From Clostridia bacterium (GTDB lineage Bacteria > Bacillota > Clostridia > Christensenellales > UBA1242): a stretch of DNA of 64,000 bases. Shown here piece by piece: positions 9,902 through 19,457 of this stretch (within the stretch, counting starts at the first letter, position 1; each line of letters opens with the position of its first letter). The translations under genes and the position numbers were made by a program. The stretch lies in NCBI GenBank assembly GCA_016297915.1, contig JAEDFU010000002.1:31798-95797 (forward strand), in the 5' to 3' direction. Below the pieces are notes generated by a model, which saw only the letters and a program-made list of their open reading frames with translations, was not told the DNA's origin and did not search any database.

Positions 9902-10539
9902 TGTACAAGCACTTTTTAAAAAGAATATTTGATTTTTTAATCTCGCTTACCGCAATAATTTTTCTTTTGCCATTCTTTATTATTTTTACGCCAATTGTTG
10001 CAATAGCAATGCATGGAAATCCATTTTTTATTCAGTATAGACCTGGCAAAAAAGGAAAAATATTTAAATTAATTAAATACAGGTCTATGACCAATAAAAA
10101 GGATAAAGATGGGAATCTTTTGCCAGATGAGGTTCGACTTACAAAATTTGGAAAGTTTTTGAGAAAAACATCGCTTGATGAACTACCAGAACTATTTAAT
10201 ATTTTGTTTGGACAAATGTCTATTGTTGGACCTCGTCCATTACTTGTGAGATACTTACCTTATTATTCTGAAGAAGAGATGCATAGACACGATGTAAGAC
10301 CTGGGCTTACGGGACTAGCACAAGCAAACGGAAGAAATACTGTTTCTTGGGATGAGCGACTTCAATTAGATGTTTATTATGCAAAAAATGTTACATTGTT
10401 AATGGATATTAAAATAATTTTTACTACAATAAAAATTGTTTTAAAGAGAGAGGGGACTGAAATAAAAGATTTAGTAGCTTTTGATCAATATAAAAAGGGG
10501 AAAGAAAGTGAATTACTTGAAACTACTAAAAGAAAATAA
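9901..10539 (+). CDS. Small initiating phosphoglycosyl transferase (PglC/WbaP C-terminal type)
   Basis: 212 aa with one N-terminal re-entrant helix, SLDELPELFNIL, GPRP and PGLTGLAQ motifs. The start overlaps the upstream stop (TAATG). Confidence 0.88.
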   Translation: MYKHFLKRIFDFLISLTAIIFLLPFFIIFTPIVAIAMHGNPFFIQYRPGKKGKIFKLIKYRSMTNKKDKDGNLLPDEVRLTKFGKFLRKTSLDELPELFNILFGQMSIVGPRPLLVRYLPYYSEEEMHRHDVRPGLTGLAQANGRNTVSWDERLQLDVYYAKNVTLLMDIKIIFTTIKIVLKREGTEIKDLVAFDQYKKGKESELLETTKRK

Positions 10540-11710
10540 TTTTTGTACTCCTTGCTTCTTAGTACAAGAAGATATTATTAATCAGTTGGCAGATGATATA
10601 GAAGTGGCTCTAAAAAGTAAATGGAAGAATGGAATTATTGGCTATTCATTTAAAACCAATAACTTTCCATGGTTACTATCTTTCTTTAAGCAAAAGGGGT
10701 ATTATGCTGAAGTTGTATCGTCAGACGAATTTGAATTAGCAATAGCTATGGGCTATGCTTTTGATAGAATAATATTTAATGGACCCGTTAAAGAAAGAGA
10801 AACTTTTGAAAAAGCTGTAATTAATGGTGCTATTGTAAACATTGATTCCAAGAGAGAACTTTTATGGTTGAAAGAATGTTATGCTAATGCAAAAGTAAAA
10901 ACAAGAGTAGGTTTGCGTGTTAATTTTTGTCTTGAAAAATATTGTCCAAATGAATCCCAATGTGGAGATGAAGATGGTAGATTCGGATTTTCTTATGAAA
11001 ATGGAGATCTTCAATCGGCAATAGGATTTTTGCGAGAAAATAACATTTGTATTAGTGGGTTACATTTGCATTGTAGTTCAAAAACAAGAAGTGTAAGAAT
11101 TTATCAAGCAATAGCTACTGTTGCAAAAGAAGTTATAGAAAAATATAATTTAGATTTAGATTATGTGGACATTGGTGGGGGTTATTTTGGAGGATTGCCA
11201 GATAAACCTTCTTTCAATGATTATTTTTCGGCTGTTTACGATATTTTAAATCCTATTACTAATGCAAATTTAATAATTGAACCGGGTATGTCTGTGGTTG
11301 GTGCTGGAATTGATTATATTACTTCAGTTGTTGATGTTAAGAGTACTTTAAATAATCATTTTGCAGTACTTGATGGAAGTAGAATTCATATTGATCCAAT
11401 TAAAAGAAAAACATCATACAGTTATGATATTATTTATAATAACAATGATAATATTGAAGTGAATGGTAAAAAACAGATTCTTTGCGGATTTACCTGTATG
11501 GAAGATGATAGATTTTTTTCAATAGAAAATGGTTTAGTATCAATTGGAGACAATGTGGTTTTTCATAAGGTAGGAGCTTATACAATGGGTTTATCTCCAC
11601 AATTTATTGAATTTTATCCAGCGGTTTATAGAGTTTCAAATGATAAAGTAGATTTGATTCGTAGAAAAGTTACGGCAAATGATTTTATTTTAATTAATAA
11701 AGGAGTGTAA
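10508..11710 (+). CDS. Fold-type III PLP-dependent decarboxylase (Orn/DAP/Arg decarboxylase family)
   Basis: YSFKTNN (PLP Lys), DIGGGYFGG and CGFTCMEDD motifs. The track start at 10481 is TTG; the GTG at 10508 behind aaggggaaa is more plausible. Confidence 0.8.
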   Translation: MNYLKLLKENNFCTPCFLVQEDIINQLADDIEVALKSKWKNGIIGYSFKTNNFPWLLSFFKQKGYYAEVVSSDEFELAIAMGYAFDRIIFNGPVKERETFEKAVINGAIVNIDSKRELLWLKECYANAKVKTRVGLRVNFCLEKYCPNESQCGDEDGRFGFSYENGDLQSAIGFLRENNICISGLHLHCSSKTRSVRIYQAIATVAKEVIEKYNLDLDYVDIGGGYFGGLPDKPSFNDYFSAVYDILNPITNANLIIEPGMSVVGAGIDYITSVVDVKSTLNNHFAVLDGSRIHIDPIKRKTSYSYDIIYNNNDNIEVNGKKQILCGFTCMEDDRFFSIENGLVSIGDNVVFHKVGAYTMGLSPQFIEFYPAVYRVSNDKVDLIRRKVTANDFILINKGV

Positions 11711-11713
11711 CTT

Positions 11714-12721
11714 ATGAAAAAGGCAATTGTATTTGGTGCCACGGGGCAACTTGGGTGTTATAGTGCATTGGCTCTAAAAGATGAAGGCTATGATGTTGTC
11801 GCTGTTGGACGAAGAAAAGATGATGGTGGTTTTTTCTCATCAAAAGGTATTGAGTTTGTCGGTGGAGTAACATTAGAAGATTTTGCTTCATTTAATGTTA
11901 TTCCTAATCAATATTATGATGTTGTTGTTAATATGGCTGGGACTATGCCAGCTCATGCTGATAATGACCCAATGCCATATGTTAAAAGTATATGTGTTGG
12001 TATTGTAAATTTAACAACATGGATGAAACAAAATGGTTCAAAAAGAATTATTTTTAATACAACTCCTAGTGATGTATATGATTTATGGGATTCTGTTGAA
12101 CCGATTGATGATGATGCAGATAGGTCTTTTCCAAAAACTGGTGGTGATCATGCAGTTTATGCAATATGCAAAAGAGCTGCAACGGATATTTTAGAGCATT
12201 TAAGTATAACTGATGGAATTAAGCCTTGTGTGTTCCGTCACTTGATGGTGTATGGTTGGCATCCTGACGCTGTTTATTATTTAAATGGTGAAAAAAGAAT
12301 TTTACCTTGGCGTTCAATGATTAGAAAGTGTATTGCCGGAGATACTTTGGAAGTTTATGGAGATGTATCTAGGAAAAAAGAATTACTTTATATTAAAGAT
12401 TTTGCAAGAGCTGTTGTTATTGCTGCCAATTCTGATGTGTGTGGAATTTTCAATCTTCCTGGTTATAAGCCTTATACGCTTGATGAAATGACACAAACTA
12501 TTTTTGAAGTATTTTCTAATGGAAAGGCTAAAAAGATTTATCGCCCTGATATGCCAGATACTCCGCAAATATTATTGTCTGGGAAAAAAAGTAAAGAAGT
12601 ATTAGGCTGGGAACCTATTTGGACATGGCATGAAGCGTGTCTTGATATTAAAAAAGAAAGTATTGAAAATCCAGTTGAATTAATGTGGGGAGAAACTGAT
12701 CCGTTGGATAAAATAAATTAA
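11714..12721 (+). CDS. NAD-dependent sugar epimerase/dehydratase/reductase (extended SDR)
   Basis: VFGATGQLGCY Rossmann motif and YAICK catalytic YxxxK. SD aaaggag. Confidence 0.8.
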   Translation: MKKAIVFGATGQLGCYSALALKDEGYDVVAVGRRKDDGGFFSSKGIEFVGGVTLEDFASFNVIPNQYYDVVVNMAGTMPAHADNDPMPYVKSICVGIVNLTTWMKQNGSKRIIFNTTPSDVYDLWDSVEPIDDDADRSFPKTGGDHAVYAICKRAATDILEHLSITDGIKPCVFRHLMVYGWHPDAVYYLNGEKRILPWRSMIRKCIAGDTLEVYGDVSRKKELLYIKDFARAVVIAANSDVCGIFNLPGYKPYTLDEMTQTIFEVFSNGKAKKIYRPDMPDTPQILLSGKKSKEVLGWEPIWTWHEACLDIKKESIENPVELMWGETDPLDKIN

Positions 12722-12734
12722 TAAGAGGAAAATT

Positions 12735-13694
12735 ATGAACATTTTAATTTTAAGTGCTGGGACTAGAAATAAGATAGTACAATATTTTAAAAAGATTATT
12801 GGTGGTAATGGCAAAGTTATTGCTACAGATATGAGTGATATTGCTCCAGCAGTATATGAAGCTGATAAATTTTATAAAGTACCTCGTATGACTGCTGATG
12901 GTTATATTGATGTAATTTTTGATATTTGTAAAAAAGAAAATATAAATGGAGTACTTTCTCTTATTGACCCAGAACTATCTTTATTAGCAAAGCATAAAGA
13001 AGATTTTGCAAAATTGGGAGTGACTGTAATTGGTTCTTCTTATGAACTTTGTGAAAGAGCTTTGGATAAGATGGAGATGTTTGATTGGTTAACTAATCAT
13101 AATTTTAAATGTGCTAAAAGTTACACTGATAAAGAAAAATTTTATGCAGATATTGATGCTGGAATAATTACCTATCCGGTGTTTGTAAAGCCTGTTCGTG
13201 GTAGTGCTAGTATTTCTATATCAAAAGTGTATGATAAAGAGACAATTGAATTGCTTTTTGATCATAATGATAATTTGATGATACAAGAGTATCTTGATGG
13301 ACAAGAAATTGGCGCAGATGTATATATTGATATGATAAGTGGTGATGTGGTTTCTATCTTTACTAAAAAGAAATTGGTAATGAGAGCAGGGGAAACAGAT
13401 AAAGCAGTTTCATTTAAAGATAAGAAACTTTTTGATTTAATTGATAAGTTTGCAACAGAAAGTGGTTGGTCTGGTCAAATTGATATAGATATATTTGATG
13501 TGGGTGGCGAGTATTATATTTCAGAAGTAAATCCTAGATTTGGTGGTGGATATCCACATGCTTTTGAATGTGGTTGCGACCATATATCACTTATTTTAAA
13601 TAATCTTTTAGGAAAAGCTAATGAAAGAAATATCGGTAACTATGATAGCGATATTTATATGATGAAATATAATGAAATTATGATAAGAAAATAA
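12735..13694 (+). CDS. ATP-grasp ligase
   Basis: 319 aa with YPVFVKPVRGSAS, IQEYLDGQE and EVNPRFGGGYP motifs. SD agagga. Confidence 0.8.
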   Translation: MNILILSAGTRNKIVQYFKKIIGGNGKVIATDMSDIAPAVYEADKFYKVPRMTADGYIDVIFDICKKENINGVLSLIDPELSLLAKHKEDFAKLGVTVIGSSYELCERALDKMEMFDWLTNHNFKCAKSYTDKEKFYADIDAGIITYPVFVKPVRGSASISISKVYDKETIELLFDHNDNLMIQEYLDGQEIGADVYIDMISGDVVSIFTKKKLVMRAGETDKAVSFKDKKLFDLIDKFATESGWSGQIDIDIFDVGGEYYISEVNPRFGGGYPHAFECGCDHISLILNNLLGKANERNIGNYDSDIYMMKYNEIMIRK

Positions 13695-13732
13695 TTAATA
13701 ATATTAAGTAAAATTTGTGTTGGGAGAAGAAA

Positions 13733-14836
13733 GTGAAGATATTATATGTAACAACTATTGGTAGTACAATGAGTTTTTTTAATACACTTATTAAGCATTT
13801 GATTGATGAAGGACATACTGTAGATATAGCAACTAATGAAACCAATTCTAAAGTTCCCGATTGTTATAGAGAGTGGGGGTGTAAAATACATCAAATAAAT
13901 ACATCTCGTTCACCATTAAATATGGGTAATTTAAAAGCTATAAAACAATTAAAAAAAATTGTATTACAAGAAAAATATGATATAGTTCATTGTCATACAC
14001 CAGTGGCAGCGATGTGTACTAGATTGGCTTGTAAGAAAGCAAGAAAAATTGGTACTAAAGTTATATATACTGCTCATGGTTTTCATTTTTACAAAGGTGC
14101 ACCACTTAAAAACTGGTTAATTTTCTATCCTATAGAGAAATATTGTTCTAGATTTACAGATGTCTTAATTACTATCAATAAAGAAGATTATGCTTTGGCA
14201 CAAAAGAAAATGAAGGCTAAAAAAGTTGAGTTTGTTCGTGGTGTTGGAATAGATTTAACTAAGTTTGGGAAAATATCTGTAGATAAAGATAGTAAACGAA
14301 GAGAATTGAATATACCAAGTGATGCAACGATGCTTTTGTCAGTGGGCGAATTAAATTATAACAAAAACCATGAAACTGTGATTCGATCAATTGCTAATTT
14401 AGATGTTTATTATGTAATTGCAGGCAATGGTGAACTAAAAGATCATTTGGAAAGTGTTATAAATGAATTAGAATTAAAAGAAAGAGTTAAACTTCTTGGA
14501 TTTCGTAATGATGTTGCCGAATTGTATCAAGTTTCAGATGTATATATATTGCCATCAATTAGGGAAGGATTGAATGTTTCTATAATGGAAGCTATGGCAA
14601 CAGGAAAACCTGTAATTTGTGGTAACATTAGAGGAAATACCGATTTGATTGGTGATAACGAGGGTGGATTTCTTTGTGAACCAAAAGACACTTTAGCTTT
14701 TAAAAAATCAATTAAATTACTCTCTGAAGATAAAAAATTATCAGCAAAGTTAGGTAAAAGAAACAAAGAGTTTATTAAAAACTTTGACATCAATGTTGTC
14801 TTACAACAGATGGAAAAAATTTATAAGGAGATGTAG
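13733..14836 (+). CDS. Glycosyltransferase, GT4 (GT-B) family
   Basis: C-terminal E-x7-E region LPSIREGLNVSIMEAMATGKPVI. The track start at 13715 is TTG; I prefer the GTG at 13733 behind gggagaag. Confidence 0.85.
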   Translation: MKILYVTTIGSTMSFFNTLIKHLIDEGHTVDIATNETNSKVPDCYREWGCKIHQINTSRSPLNMGNLKAIKQLKKIVLQEKYDIVHCHTPVAAMCTRLACKKARKIGTKVIYTAHGFHFYKGAPLKNWLIFYPIEKYCSRFTDVLITINKEDYALAQKKMKAKKVEFVRGVGIDLTKFGKISVDKDSKRRELNIPSDATMLLSVGELNYNKNHETVIRSIANLDVYYVIAGNGELKDHLESVINELELKERVKLLGFRNDVAELYQVSDVYILPSIREGLNVSIMEAMATGKPVICGNIRGNTDLIGDNEGGFLCEPKDTLAFKKSIKLLSEDKKLSAKLGKRNKEFIKNFDINVVLQQMEKIYKEM

Positions 14837-14839
14837 TGA

Positions 14840-15838
14840 ATGAAAGAAAAGAAACTTCTTTATTCTATTGTTGTTCCTATATATAATGTCGAAGAATTTT
14901 TAAAAGAATGTATTGAATCTTTAATTAATCAGACTTATACTAATATTGAAATCATACTTGTTGATGATGGTAGCCCAGACAATTGTTCAATTATTTGCGA
15001 TGAATTTGCAAAGAATGAGAAAAGAATAAAAGTAATTCATAAAACAAATGGGGGACTTGTCAGTGCTAGAAAAGCAGGGGCAAAAGTGGCAACTGGAGAC
15101 TATGTTATTTGTGTAGATGGAGATGACCATGTCTCAAAAGATATGGTGACAAAAATTAACAAAGTTGTTTCCGAAAATGATGTGGATGTAGTTTGTTTTG
15201 GATATTTTAAAGATGATGAGTTAAACCCATGCTATTTGGAGTTTAACGAGGGATATTACAACAAAGAAAAAATTATTGAAGATATTTTTCCAAATCTTAT
15301 AGAAAATGCGAATGCTAAATTTTTTTCAAATTCTTTGTGGGCAAAAGCATATAAAAGAGATTTGTATTGTATGAATCAAGAATTGGTTGATAATAAAATA
15401 AAAATTGGTGAAGATGCTGCATGTACAAAACCAATAATATCAAAGTGCAATAGCTTATATATTATGAAAGATTGTCTTTATTTTTATAGGACAAATTTGA
15501 CATCAATGACAAAAGAACCAAAACCTTTTGCGTGGGATGTCCCTGAAATTATTTATAATCATTTAAGTGTAAATTTGAATCAAGATGATTACGATTTTAC
15601 GGAGCAGTTGTATAGAAATGTTGCTCACAATGTTTTTAATGTTGCAATGTCTCAATATTACAAAAAAGGTCTGAAAATAAAAGAAATCAAAAGGGAAATT
15701 AAGGAAAAACTGGGAAACAAACTTTATTCGACTTGTATAAAAAAAGCTAATTACACATCGATTAAAGGCAAAATAATGTTATATGCGTTGAGACACAATT
15801 CATCATTTATTATGAAATTGTATTCAAAAATAAGATAA
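14840..15838 (+). CDS. Glycosyltransferase, GT2 (GT-A) family
   Basis: YSIVVPIYNVEEFLKECIESLINQTYTNIEIILVDDGSPD and a DGDD motif. Confidence 0.88.
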   Translation: MKEKKLLYSIVVPIYNVEEFLKECIESLINQTYTNIEIILVDDGSPDNCSIICDEFAKNEKRIKVIHKTNGGLVSARKAGAKVATGDYVICVDGDDHVSKDMVTKINKVVSENDVDVVCFGYFKDDELNPCYLEFNEGYYNKEKIIEDIFPNLIENANAKFFSNSLWAKAYKRDLYCMNQELVDNKIKIGEDAACTKPIISKCNSLYIMKDCLYFYRTNLTSMTKEPKPFAWDVPEIIYNHLSVNLNQDDYDFTEQLYRNVAHNVFNVAMSQYYKKGLKIKEIKREIKEKLGNKLYSTCIKKANYTSIKGKIMLYALRHNSSFIMKLYSKIR

Positions 15839-15853
15839 TGAAATGGAGGGAAA

Positions 15854-17134
15854 ATGTTAGAATATATAGCTATCATATTGGTTATATTGTTTTTGATTGT
15901 TTGTAAAGCAAAAAAACAACATAATAGATTTATTCTCTCTTTTTATTATGAAAGTCCTAAATTAGATTCATTTAAAGTTGATAAAAAAAAGCGTACTGAT
16001 TGGAGTTATGTTTTTGTTTTTGTGGCACTGTTTATTTTGTTTGCTTTTAGAAATATTAGTGTTGGTACTGATACAAATGTATATAACTCAATGTTTAATT
16101 CTTTTGAAGTAGATAATCCAAATTGGAGAGGCGAACCAGTGTACTGGCTAATTGTCTTTTTTGTTAAATTGCTAGGTTTGCCGTTTAATTTTGTTTTAAT
16201 TTTCGTTGGAGCAATATCTTTTGCAAATATTTACTTTTTTACTAAAAAATATTCGATTGATAAATTTTTAACAATACTGTTGTTGTTTTGTCTCGGAATA
16301 ATCCCGACAGGATTTAATGTAATGAGACAATTTCTTGCTCTTTCATTTTTCTTGTTGGCTTTAGATAATTTATTTCAAAATAAAGTATTTAGATATGTTG
16401 GTTTTTGTTTAATTTCTACATTTTGTCACAACACAGCTATAATCTTGTTGCCATTGTTTTTGATAAAATTTATCAAACTTAATTACAAAACTTTAATAAT
16501 AACTATTATTTTGACTATGGCAGCAATTTTTACGCTACCGCTTGTAGTAAAATTTGTTAGCAAATTTACATCAAAAGATTATTATGAAATTTATATTACA
16601 ACAAATGCCTTTGCCAAAGAATTGGGTTTTGCATACTTGTTGTATGATTTATTTATGATTGGGGCATTTGTTTGGTTTTGGATTATAAGAAAAAATATTG
16701 ATAATGATTTGGACAAAAAAAACTATAATATGTTTTTATGGATTTTTTTATTGGCAGTTTGTATAAGAACAATAGCCACATATAGTGGATTTATAATAAT
16801 GACAAATAGGCTACTTATTTATTTCTTGTGGGCAATTTGTTTTCTAATTCCATTCTCGATTAAATATTTACCTAAAAATCCTATTTTATCAAAAGATTTA
16901 TATTCCAAAACTGTAATATTTTTGGCGATCTTGTATTTTTACTTGGGGACAGTTGTAAGAGGTCAAGCAGAAATTATTCCTTTCAAATTTGTAGCGATAG
17001 ACAACCTTTTGATTCAGATTGTTTTATACTTGTTCTTTATAGGGTCGCTAGTTGTAGCTTGTTTTTACGAATTGGATTGTGAAAAAAAATTAAATAAAAA
17101 AAACTTTAAAACTTATGAAAACAAAAGAAAATAA
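15854..17134 (+). CDS. Polytopic membrane protein, EpsG/Wzy-like repeat-unit polymerase
   Basis: 426 aa with more than 10 hydrophobic segments, placed between the GT genes and the flippase. SD ggaggg. Confidence 0.6.
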   Translation: MLEYIAIILVILFLIVCKAKKQHNRFILSFYYESPKLDSFKVDKKKRTDWSYVFVFVALFILFAFRNISVGTDTNVYNSMFNSFEVDNPNWRGEPVYWLIVFFVKLLGLPFNFVLIFVGAISFANIYFFTKKYSIDKFLTILLLFCLGIIPTGFNVMRQFLALSFFLLALDNLFQNKVFRYVGFCLISTFCHNTAIILLPLFLIKFIKLNYKTLIITIILTMAAIFTLPLVVKFVSKFTSKDYYEIYITTNAFAKELGFAYLLYDLFMIGAFVWFWIIRKNIDNDLDKKNYNMFLWIFLLAVCIRTIATYSGFIIMTNRLLIYFLWAICFLIPFSIKYLPKNPILSKDLYSKTVIFLAILYFYLGTVVRGQAEIIPFKFVAIDNLLIQIVLYLFFIGSLVVACFYELDCEKKLNKKNFKTYENKRK

Positions 17135-18473
17135 ATTAGTTAACAACACAATAATGATGTATTTAATGACGGTTGCAAAACTTGTCATTCCTCTTATTTC
17201 GCTTCCATATCTAACCAGAATTTTAAGCGTAGATTGTTATGGAAGTGTGGCTTTTGTAAAGAGTCTTATGAATTATTTTCAAATTCTTATTGACTTCGGG
17301 TTTTTGCTATCGGCAACTAAGGATATTATTGGATATCTCAAAAAAGGCGAAAAGCCTAATGCTATAGTGGGGAATACCCTGTATGCACAAATTATTCTTT
17401 GCTTTTTTGCAATAATAGGTTGTGTCATTTGCTTGTTTTGCTTGGAGATTTTGAGAGGATTTGAACTATATACAATGCTATCTTTGGTAACTTGTTTGCT
17501 TTCTATATTCCTCTTTGAATATGTCTTTAAGGCGTACGAGCAAATGGGAAAGATTGCTATAAGATATGTTGTAATGAAACTTATAGCTCTAATCCTAACA
17601 CTTATATTTGTTAAGTCAGATAAGGATATTTTGTTGATTCCAATTTTTGATATTGTAGCGTCACTTGTGGCAATTGTGCTTGTATACTTACAACTCAAAA
17701 AACTAGGGATTAAGATTGATTTTGATTTTAAACGCATCAAAGACGCATGGAAGTCGCTCAGTAAATCTTTTGTATATTTTATATCTAATTTTGCAACAAC
17801 TGCATTTAGCGCATTAAATACTATTATTATTGGAATTGCTTTAAACAAGAGTGATGTTGCTTATTGGTCGGTTGCATTACAGTTGGTTGGTGTAGTTCAA
17901 GCACTTTATAATCCAATAATTACAAGTGCTCATCCAACTATGATACGAACCAAAAATCTCAAAACCATACACAAAATTATGCTTATATATATGCCTTTGA
18001 TTTTTGTAGGTTGCGGACTAATATTGCTACTTGGCGATTGGGCTGTTAAGCTCGTATTTACAGAAAGTTATTTAATGTCGTCAAAGTTGTTTAAATTTTT
18101 AATACCTGTATTGATATTCTCGTTCCCAGCAATGCTTTATGGTTGGCCATGTCTGGACTGTATTAATAAGACTAAACAAACCTCAATGTCAACGATTATA
18201 AGTGCATGTGTACAAATTGTGGGTATCGGATTTATTGCGGTAATTGGTCAATTCAATTTGATGTCTTTGGTGATTGTAAGAAATTTAGCAGAAATAGTTT
18301 TATGCTCAGTTAGGATGGGTATTGTATATAAAAACAAAAAATTATTTGTAAGTGGGGTTGTTTCAGACCCACAAAATGTAAATGCGGAAAACAAAGAACT
18401 TGGAGAGTTTGAAAAACATGAGCTAACAAATGAAATTATTTCTGCAAATATTGATGATAACAATAACATATAA
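17115..18473 (+). CDS. Wzx-type polysaccharide flippase (MOP superfamily)
   Basis: 452 aa and polytopic. N-terminus NNTIMMYLMTVAKLVIPLISLPYLTRIL is typical of polysaccharide biosynthesis/export proteins. Overlaps the upstream gene by 20 nt. Confidence 0.75.
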   Translation: MKTKENKLVNNTIMMYLMTVAKLVIPLISLPYLTRILSVDCYGSVAFVKSLMNYFQILIDFGFLLSATKDIIGYLKKGEKPNAIVGNTLYAQIILCFFAIIGCVICLFCLEILRGFELYTMLSLVTCLLSIFLFEYVFKAYEQMGKIAIRYVVMKLIALILTLIFVKSDKDILLIPIFDIVASLVAIVLVYLQLKKLGIKIDFDFKRIKDAWKSLSKSFVYFISNFATTAFSALNTIIIGIALNKSDVAYWSVALQLVGVVQALYNPIITSAHPTMIRTKNLKTIHKIMLIYMPLIFVGCGLILLLGDWAVKLVFTESYLMSSKLFKFLIPVLIFSFPAMLYGWPCLDCINKTKQTSMSTIISACVQIVGIGFIAVIGQFNLMSLVIVRNLAEIVLCSVRMGIVYKNKKLFVSGVVSDPQNVNAENKELGEFEKHELTNEIISANIDDNNNI

Positions 18474-18477
18474 AAAA

Positions 18478-18506
18478 TAGGACTTGAAATTCAAGTCCTA
18501 TTTTTT
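18478..18506. terminator. Bidirectional terminator between wzx-like and licD-like genes
   Basis: Hairpin taggacttga / tcaagtccta followed by T6, with an A-run upstream. Confidence 0.7.
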
Positions 18507-19319
18507 ATATGATTTAAAATAATGATGAGTAATTTGCTTTTCTGGTGGTGGGGGTGTCATATAATCTCTGTACAATTGTTTAAGATACATATCCCATTGT
18601 TTAATTGCAGGAAATTTGTAACCTTCAAAGTCCAATTCCACAAATTCGTCAAACATTGACTTTGGAAAAACATCTTTGATTCCATATGCTCCCGAAAAAG
18701 CAAAAATATGGTCAAATCCTTTGCCATTAAATGAAGTTGCGTACTTTTCGCTTTTCTTTGCCCAGTGTTTCCAGCCAAATGGTTTAGCGTATAGTGATAC
18801 TACAAATTTTGCACATTTTTTGGCAAAACTATTACCTTTTATACCTGCTTTTTTGTTTGCAGATATAGCTAACAATGATCCAAGTTTTTTATTCTTTTTA
18901 ACAACTTTTTTTATGTTTTTTGTATCAACATCATCCATTGGAAATATGTCTACAAAAACTCCCATGTCCTTTGGTGTAATATATGTTGATTCGGTAAGGA
19001 CAGTGTCTAAATCTACAACTTTTGTAAATCTATAAAAGTAATCTTTGCAATTTTCGCTAAAATGCAAGGCTTTATATTTTTTGTTGGTCTTGGAGTCTTT
19101 GTCCATTATTTCCAAAAATTTGTCATAGTCTTTTCTTAGCATAAAGATGTCAATATCATCGTCCCAAGGAATAAATCCCTTGTGCCTTATTGCACCTAAA
19201 AGTGTTCCTCCGCACAAACTATATTTAATATCATTTTCTTTGCAAACTTTATCAATAAATTTAAGAATTTCAAGTGAAATTGATTGAACTTCTTTTATAT
19301 TTTCTGTTATTTCTTCCAT
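18498..19319 (-). CDS. licD: LicD-family phosphotransferase (phosphocholine / polyol-phosphate transferase)
   Basis: Contains LCGGTLLGAIRHKGFIPWDDDIDI, the LicD signature. SD ggaga. Confidence 0.85.
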   Translation of the reverse strand: MEEITENIKEVQSISLEILKFIDKVCKENDIKYSLCGGTLLGAIRHKGFIPWDDDIDIFMLRKDYDKFLEIMDKDSKTNKKYKALHFSENCKDYFYRFTKVVDLDTVLTESTYITPKDMGVFVDIFPMDDVDTKNIKKVVKKNKKLGSLLAISANKKAGIKGNSFAKKCAKFVVSLYAKPFGWKHWAKKSEKYATSFNGKGFDHIFAFSGAYGIKDVFPKSMFDEFVELDFEGYKFPAIKQWDMYLKQLYRDYMTPPPPEKQITHHYFKSYKK

Positions 19320-19457
19320 CTTTTTCTCCGTGTGTTTTACTAAATATTAGATTAATACAAATTCAATATTTTGTCAAATTAAAACTACATATTATGATTT
19401 TCTCTTGATAAAAATATATTATTATGGTATCCTATTTGGGAGTTAAAAGGAGTTATT

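Noticed and set aside
15983-15990. Homopolymer tracts as phase-variation switches: A8 in the EpsG-like gene, T8 at 6126-6133, and A-runs near 17080-17100 and at the virD4 start.
   Set aside because: Runs of 7-9 A or T are frequent throughout this AT-rich sequence, mostly encode Lys or Phe runs, and are too short and too common to single out without population data.
17279-17848. 189-aa minus-strand ORF inside the wzx-like gene. The same applies to 51217..51678, 57099..57611, 59178..59582 and other antisense ORFs of 60-170 aa in the track.
   Set aside because: Each lies wholly within a longer sense ORF that has recognisable family features or a much longer uninterrupted frame. None has a ribosome-binding site, and all look like shadow ORFs.
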